Assembly (NCBI GenBank): GCA_934201705.1
Contig: CAKPXF010000001.1
Location: 173,361 to 237,360, forward strand
Reading direction: 5' to 3'
Source: an uncultured Bacilli bacterium
GTDB taxonomy: Bacteria > Bacillota_I > Bacilli_A > RFN20 > CAG-631
Length of the DNA: 64,000 bases
Below are positions 59,285 through 64,000 of this stretch, piece after piece. The notes under the pieces were generated by a model that was not told where the DNA came from, searched no databases, and worked only from the letters and a program-made list of their open reading frames with translations. Position numbers and translations under genes: made by a program. The stretch's first letter is position 1; each line of letters starts with the position of its first letter.

Positions 59285-61498
59285 CTATTTAATTAAAACA
59301 ACAGCTAATGTAGCATCATCCTTATTTTCTCTTTTTTCTATTAGATGAGTAAATAAATTATCACACATAACAACTGGTGAATCAATTTTAACCTCTTCTA
59401 AAATATAATTTATATTAGTGTTATAATCATCAATCATTCCATCACTACAAAGTATAATAATGTCATTATGACATAGCTTTATTGATGCTGGCTCGATTGA
59501 TGTTTTTTTATTGACGCCTAACGGTAATGAAAAGTTATTAACTTCCATTATTTTACTGTCTCTAATAATATATGATGAAAAGGCTCCTAATTTATAAAAA
59601 TAAGCCATTTTTGTCTTTTGATTGATCTTTAATAAATCAAGCGTTGTATAACCATCCTCATCGTTTTTAAGTAGAATAATATCATTTGTAACATCAATAC
59701 AAGTTTTGCTTTCCATTCCAGATTTTATTAATGAGCCTATTATGTTTAAAGCAAATTTACTTTCTTGATTAGCATTTAAGCCATTTCCCATTCCATCAGA
59801 AATTATCAAATAAAAGCAATTATTATTAGTAAATGATGCTAAGGAATCGCCATTAGCATTTAAGGATTCATTGCTTTGCTTATAAGCAAAATCAATTTCT
59901 AAATTATCCTCTTCTACAATTGTGATGATATAATAATTTGATGATAATGTCGCATACTCAATTTTTTGTATTTTCATTTCAGTATTTAATATTTTATTAA
60001 TAGCTTTTAAAAATTGCTTATTGATTTTGTCCTTAGAGATAGCCTTTAAGGCAATAGCAAAGCAATATTTTTTTTGCGTTGAATGGTCTATTACATATAA
60101 AATATCAAAATTTTCGTTGCTTAAAGCAGTTTTAATATTTTTATAAAAATTATTTTGGTTTGAAAGATGATCATTATTGATTAAATTAGAGCAATTATCC
60201 ATAACCTTAGAAAAGCTAATAAAATCATTAGCAATTATTTCCTTCATTTTTGTTTGCTTTTCTTCATCATATGATACCAATAAGCTATTTTTTGTAAAAC
60301 TATCAAGTAGGGTGAAATATGCTTTTTGCTTAAGGCAATTATTTTTAACATAATTTATTTTTTCATCATCAATCTGATTAGATAAATAAAAGCGCAAATA
60401 TTTCAATAAGATATGATTTTTATTTTTGTAGCAGTAATCAACCTTTTCACAATTTGAACATAATGTATTAAAAACATCAACATTAGCCCTATTAAGCATT
60501 TTATCAATTTTAGAAATATAAAAATTATTACTCATCGTTAAAAACATATTTTTAAAGTTATTAAGCTGCATAACCATTTCATTTTTATTATTAATATATG
60601 TTTGGTAATAAAAATCTTCTTTTGGAATATTGGTTTCTTTTTTTATATATAAAATCAAAATAGATAAAGATAATGTAATTATTATATATGCTATTAAAGA
60701 AATACTACTATGAAAAAAATATCCAACAGCCATACATGCTAAAAATGTAAGTGAATTTAAAGAACGATTTTCTTTTTTTGTAATTGAAAGGATAAAGCTA
60801 GTAAAGCAAAGCTGTAAAAAGATTTTATAACCCAGATCTATTTTATATACAAATAATAATAAAAAATAGCAAGCATTTATGGCTAATGTGTTTGCAATGC
60901 TATTTTTTAAAGCAAAGATTATTAAAAGTAATAATGTTAAAAAGAAGGCAATATCATTTAAATATTTGTTGTTATATAAAGTTAAAGAATTAATAATTAA
61001 TAATATATATGAATACAATAATAATTTTGACAAATCATTTTGAAATGATAAGAAAAACAAAGAATAATATTTCAAAATATAAGATGAAATGACACTAATA
61101 AAAAATGCTAAAACTATAGTTAAAGCTATATTACTTAAAGGTATTTGATTTACATAAAAATATATAAAATACGTTAAGCATATGCTTATTAGATTGGCTA
61201 AAAAATAATTTATAATTAGTCTTTTATTTAATAGGCTCGCTACAAAAAACAAAATTATATATATTGTTGCACTTACTAAAAAGAAGCTAATGCAATTATA
61301 AGAATTAAAGAAAATGTAATAGACAAATGATCCACTTGCTATTCCAATTATTGAAAAAAGCATGTATTTAATGCCACTAAACATTGCAAATGTAAATAAA
61401 GGCAAAGCAATTAAAATATTTAAATCATAGTAGTTATAAAAAATAGCGATGAATGATAAAAGAAAAATAAATAAAACTTTAAAAGTGCTTTTTAACAT
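59285..61498 (-). CDS. spoIIE: Stage II sporulation protein E (10-TM N-domain + PP2C phosphatase)
   Basis: Long polytopic N-terminus, C-terminal PP2C motifs (ISDGMGNG, DGM); 737 aa. Confidence 0.85.
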   Translation of the reverse strand: MLKSTFKVLFIFLLSFIAIFYNYYDLNILIALPLFTFAMFSGIKYMLFSIIGIASGSFVYYIFFNSYNCISFFLVSATIYIILFFVASLLNKRLIINYFLANLISICLTYFIYFYVNQIPLSNIALTIVLAFFISVISSYILKYYSLFFLSFQNDLSKLLLYSYILLIINSLTLYNNKYLNDIAFFLTLLLLIIFALKNSIANTLAINACYFLLLFVYKIDLGYKIFLQLCFTSFILSITKKENRSLNSLTFLACMAVGYFFHSSISLIAYIIITLSLSILILYIKKETNIPKEDFYYQTYINNKNEMVMQLNNFKNMFLTMSNNFYISKIDKMLNRANVDVFNTLCSNCEKVDYCYKNKNHILLKYLRFYLSNQIDDEKINYVKNNCLKQKAYFTLLDSFTKNSLLVSYDEEKQTKMKEIIANDFISFSKVMDNCSNLINNDHLSNQNNFYKNIKTALSNENFDILYVIDHSTQKKYCFAIALKAISKDKINKQFLKAINKILNTEMKIQKIEYATLSSNYYIITIVEEDNLEIDFAYKQSNESLNANGDSLASFTNNNCFYLIISDGMGNGLNANQESKFALNIIGSLIKSGMESKTCIDVTNDIILLKNDEDGYTTLDLLKINQKTKMAYFYKLGAFSSYIIRDSKIMEVNNFSLPLGVNKKTSIEPASIKLCHNDIIILCSDGMIDDYNTNINYILEEVKIDSPVVMCDNLFTHLIEKRENKDDATLAVVLIK

Positions 61499-61548
61499 AA
61501 TAGCCTATCACCTCTATTATATTATTAGCACTTTAATAGTAAAAAAAA

Positions 61549-61555
61549 TGTCGAA
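61549..61555 (+). promoter_or_regulatory. Candidate Spo0A box (TGTCGAA) ~50 nt upstream of spoIIE start
   Basis: Exact heptamer tgtcgaa read directly. Confidence 0.3.
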
Positions 61556-61606
61556 AAAAGATAGTAATTATTATATTTTTAATTATTAAAATAGCATGTA
61601 GAATAC

Positions 61607-61636
61607 TTGACAGGTTTAATTCAAGAAATTTATAAT
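61607..61636 (+). promoter_or_regulatory. Near-consensus sigma-A promoter (TTGACA-18 nt-TATAAT) facing the downstream small-membrane-protein gene
   Basis: TTGACA 61607-61612, TATAAT 61631-61636. Confidence 0.45.
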
Positions 61637-61666
61637 AGTGATGGAGTAATAGTAGCTAGATATGTA

Positions 61667-61699
61667 TATGATGCATTTTAAAATCATAAGATATATGAT
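61667..61699 (+). repeat. Conserved 33-bp element, copy 1 (TATGATGCATTTTAAAATCATAAgaTATATGAT)
   Basis: 31/33 identical to copy at 62944-62976; contains imperfect palindrome ATGcATTTTAAAATCAT and CATA-N3-TA. Confidence 0.85.
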
Positions 61700-61763
61700 A
61701 ATTTAACATCATATTTATCAGGAAAATTAATTTTTGCTTTTAAGTCGTTAGGAGGAAATTACG

Positions 61764-62177
61764 TTGAAACAAAAATTTTACAAAAATCTATTTCAAACGT
61801 TATCATATTTTTCTGTAGTAATGATTTTTGAAATAACTTTATTTATGGGATTTATTGCTAGTTTGACTTATGGACAAAATTTAGGCTGGATACTATTAAT
61901 AATATCTTTGGTTTTAATTGTTTTATTCTTTCTTATAGGCTTTTATTGGATTTTTCAAATGGTATCAATTGATGAAAGCGGAATTAAAATATTATTTATA
62001 AATAAAATTATTAAGCAACTTGAATGGAAGGAAATAGAAATTATAGAAGAAGCAAATATAATGAGAAATCCTGCAATAAGAATTAAAGCTTTTAATGGCA
62101 CTGAAATTCATTTAGACAAAAGGAAAAATATTATTAAATTAATTGAAAAGTATTCGCAAAATAAAATAGTAAAATAA
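61764..62177 (+). CDS. Hypothetical small membrane protein (2 TM + C-terminal soluble domain), TTG start
   Basis: RBS GGAGG 8 nt before TTG 61764; 137 aa. Confidence 0.45.
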   Translation: MKQKFYKNLFQTLSYFSVVMIFEITLFMGFIASLTYGQNLGWILLIISLVLIVLFFLIGFYWIFQMVSIDESGIKILFINKIIKQLEWKEIEIIEEANIMRNPAIRIKAFNGTEIHLDKRKNIIKLIEKYSQNKIVK

Positions 62178-62228
62178 TTGTATTTAACATAGACTTGTGA
62201 GGGGTTTAATTATCATGGAGGGTAGTAT

Positions 62229-62798
62229 ATGGACAAAAAAATTATTAAATATTTATCAAAAAGAAGTACATATACCAATTTGGATAAAGTACTACTATTT
62301 TATGTAAGTGGACAATTTAATAAAGTACTAAATGATAACAATGCTACCAATATAGAGTTTTTTCCTTCTATAGGTAAAAATAATTCAATTCAGGTATATT
62401 TTAAATATTATAATTTGTTTGCTATACTAGATTTTAATGAGAATTATTATGAATATTGCAAATATGAAGCAAATTGCTCTGCAAAAGAATTAGAAGATAA
62501 AATAATAAAAACTCAATATAATGATGATTTTGATATTGAAATCTTTATTAAAAACTTTATTCAAGAAATAGATAATGATAAAAATTTAAATAAATTATAC
62601 GTTAACAAAAAAAGCCAAAAGAAGTTATATAGTATTTTATCAATTTTTTCTATAATAATGCCTTGGATAATTCTTGGTATTATAGCACTTTGCTCATATT
62701 TAATGGATAAAGAAATTAAATTAGGCGCATGGTTCGGAATAATTATAGTAATTGCAATAGTGCTGTGGTATATATTTGATAATAAGTCAAAGAAGTAA
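62229..62798 (+). CDS. Hypothetical protein with soluble N-domain and two C-terminal TM helices
   Basis: 189 aa ORF; no family recognised. Confidence 0.4.
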   Translation: MDKKIIKYLSKRSTYTNLDKVLLFYVSGQFNKVLNDNNATNIEFFPSIGKNNSIQVYFKYYNLFAILDFNENYYEYCKYEANCSAKELEDKIIKTQYNDDFDIEIFIKNFIQEIDNDKNLNKLYVNKKSQKKLYSILSIFSIIMPWIILGIIALCSYLMDKEIKLGAWFGIIIVIAIVLWYIFDNKSKK

Positions 62799-62943
62799 TT
62801 ACTAAATAGAACATAGAATTAGAATTTAAGGGTAAACGTCTAGAAAGCATAAAAAGTTAAAATGATATAGGCTTTGGCTTTTAGGTGTAAAAACCATGTG
62901 TGCAGAAGTAATATCTATTGCCAAATACTCTATTATTACAATT

Positions 62944-62976
62944 TATGATGCATTTTAAAATCATAAAGTATATGAT
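62944..62976 (+). repeat. Conserved 33-bp element, copy 2 (TATGATGCATTTTAAAATCATAAagTATATGAT)
   Basis: 31/33 identical to copy 1; no similarity in flanks. Confidence 0.85.
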
Positions 62977-63122
62977 GGCTAATACAAATGCTATTTCTTT
63001 GCAAATATGACAAATGTTTGCAAAAGCAATGGTGGTATATGGATTATCTACTATAATCTTCTCAGCGATTGATGCTATATGCGATAATTTTGATTTGTGG
63101 TTTTTCTAAAGGAGAAAATAAA

Positions 63123-63323
63123 ATGAAATATTCCTTTCTAATTAATAGTTTTTTTTGCTTTATAATTGTTGGAACTCCAATTTTTATGCAACAAACAGCA
63201 TACCAAAGTATTGATGAAAATAAATTTAAAAAATATAAAATTAAGAAATTTGGATTTTTATTTAAAGGTATGCAAGGTAAATCCGCTAGTACACATGGTG
63301 TGATTTTGCCAATGTTAATATAA
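63123..63323 (+). CDS. Hypothetical small hydrophobic protein (66 aa)
   Basis: RBS AGGAG 7 nt before ATG 63123 (ORF-track start 63069 lacks RBS); N-terminal hydrophobic segment. Confidence 0.35.
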   Translation: MKYSFLINSFFCFIIVGTPIFMQQTAYQSIDENKFKKYKIKKFGFLFKGMQGKSASTHGVILPMLI

Positions 63324-63573
63324 GGAGCTAACTATTAATAAAGTTAGAATTATATTGTTTTTAATAACTATATTACTCATATTTCCATTTGCAACAAAAG
63401 AAGCTTTATTGATATTAATTCTAGTTAAAAAAGATAGTGTAAAATTATAAATTTAAAGCAAAAAAGATAGCATATGAAGAAACTATCTTTAATGTTTATA
63501 ATAATATAATAAAATAGCTATTGTTGCTATACAAGTAATAAAAATGATTATAGATAAAATGTTTAGATTATAT

Positions 63574-63987
63574 TTACTTTTGATTGCTTTCTTTTGATTT
63601 TCTATTCTTTTCATCTTCTTTTTTCTTCTTTCTTTGTGCTTTAATTATAGCAATTCTATTTTTAATATGGAATAGCTTAAGTTTTATTTTACTAACAATA
63701 AAGTTATAAAAGCTTAAAAAATAGTATCTTAAAAAAGCTATATAAAATAAAACACCAAAAAAAAGGAAAAGAATAATAAAGATATTTAGCTTTGCGTTGC
63801 ATGTTTTAAGTGTTAATAAAAAGAATAATAAGCTAAATATTAAAAAAAATATTATTTCAAATGGTAATCTTAATATCTTTCCTTTTTTAAAATAAAATAT
63901 GGCATTAAACAAATCATAAAAAATCATAAAAAATATGCCAAAAAGAAAAGATATTAAGATAATTTCAAATTGTATATTTAAATCCAT
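63574..63987 (-). CDS. Hypothetical small membrane protein with basic C-terminal tail
   Basis: 137 aa, 3-4 TM segments, Lys/Arg/Glu-rich C-terminus. Confidence 0.4.
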   Translation of the reverse strand: MDLNIQFEIILISFLFGIFFMIFYDLFNAIFYFKKGKILRLPFEIIFFLIFSLLFFLLTLKTCNAKLNIFIILFLFFGVLFYIAFLRYYFLSFYNFIVSKIKLKLFHIKNRIAIIKAQRKKKKEDEKNRKSKESNQK

Positions 63988-64000
63988 TATTTAAATAACT

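Noticed and set aside
1-64000. Alternative genetic code (TGA=Trp, Mollicutes-like) suggested by low GC and Mollicutes-like clpB/CIRCE
   Set aside because: Gene lengths match homologs with standard stops; no conserved proteins are interrupted at TGA; sporulation genes present. Standard code 11.
1-64000. CRISPR arrays, tRNA/rRNA genes, IS elements/transposases, prophage integrases
   Set aside because: No regularly spaced direct repeats, no cloverleaf-like GC-rich 75-nt islands, no transposase or integrase motifs seen on either strand.

Overview
This is a low-GC (~28-30%) Firmicute chromosomal segment from a spore former, densely packed with genes in the standard genetic code. I did not recognise any rRNA, tRNA, CRISPR array or mobile element in the window.

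Left to right the window holds:
- a 5'-truncated GH13 pullulanase
- trkA-trkH, for K+ uptake
- a biotin-dependent Na+-pumping oxaloacetate-decarboxylase operon (oadA, oadG, a separate biotin carrier, oadB), followed by a BioY-BirA fusion gene
- a 901-aa BspA-type leucine-rich-repeat lipoprotein full of near-identical internal DNA repeats
- an oxidative-stress cluster: HAD hydrolase, rubrerythrin and a Fur/PerR-family repressor (all -)
- an N-domain-less clpB preceded by two tandem CIRCE (HrcA) operators
- a frameshifted secreted-protein gene and an ORF-free decayed stretch
- desulfoferrodoxin
- a C39-peptidase plus ABC membrane-domain gene that lacks any ATPase domain, divergent from a Zn-ribbon membrane protein
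- a housekeeping block: pepP, ybeY, cdd, era, recO
- two tandem SGNH hydrolases, several hypothetical genes, and an RluD-family pseudouridine synthase
- tadA-dnaX-ybaB-recR and a TetR regulator
- a T-box leader followed by asnS
- a translationally coupled NUDIX plus 547-aa unknown protein operon
- hpf, then a decayed P-loop kinase gene carrying a G8 homopolymer
- a fused MacB-type ABC transporter and a metallophosphatase lipoprotein
- a DUF4186-like gene and a long minus-strand sporulation cluster (spoIIAA-spoIIAB-sigF-spoVAC-spoVAD-spoVAE-spoVAF-like, followed by DUF362-like and Gfo/Idh/MocA genes)
- HIT hydrolase, a TrmN6-like methyltransferase, a GH-A-clan glycosidase lipoprotein, a DUF402-like NTPase, tdk and spoIIE
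- a terminal region of small membrane proteins, two of which are preceded by a conserved 33-bp element

The most unusual candidates for new biology are:
- the NUDIX-unknown operon
- the NBD-less C39 exporter remnant
- the duplicated 33-bp element
- the G8-tract pseudogene
- tandem CIRCE operators on clpB

All family and function calls are by-eye motif recognition with no database search.
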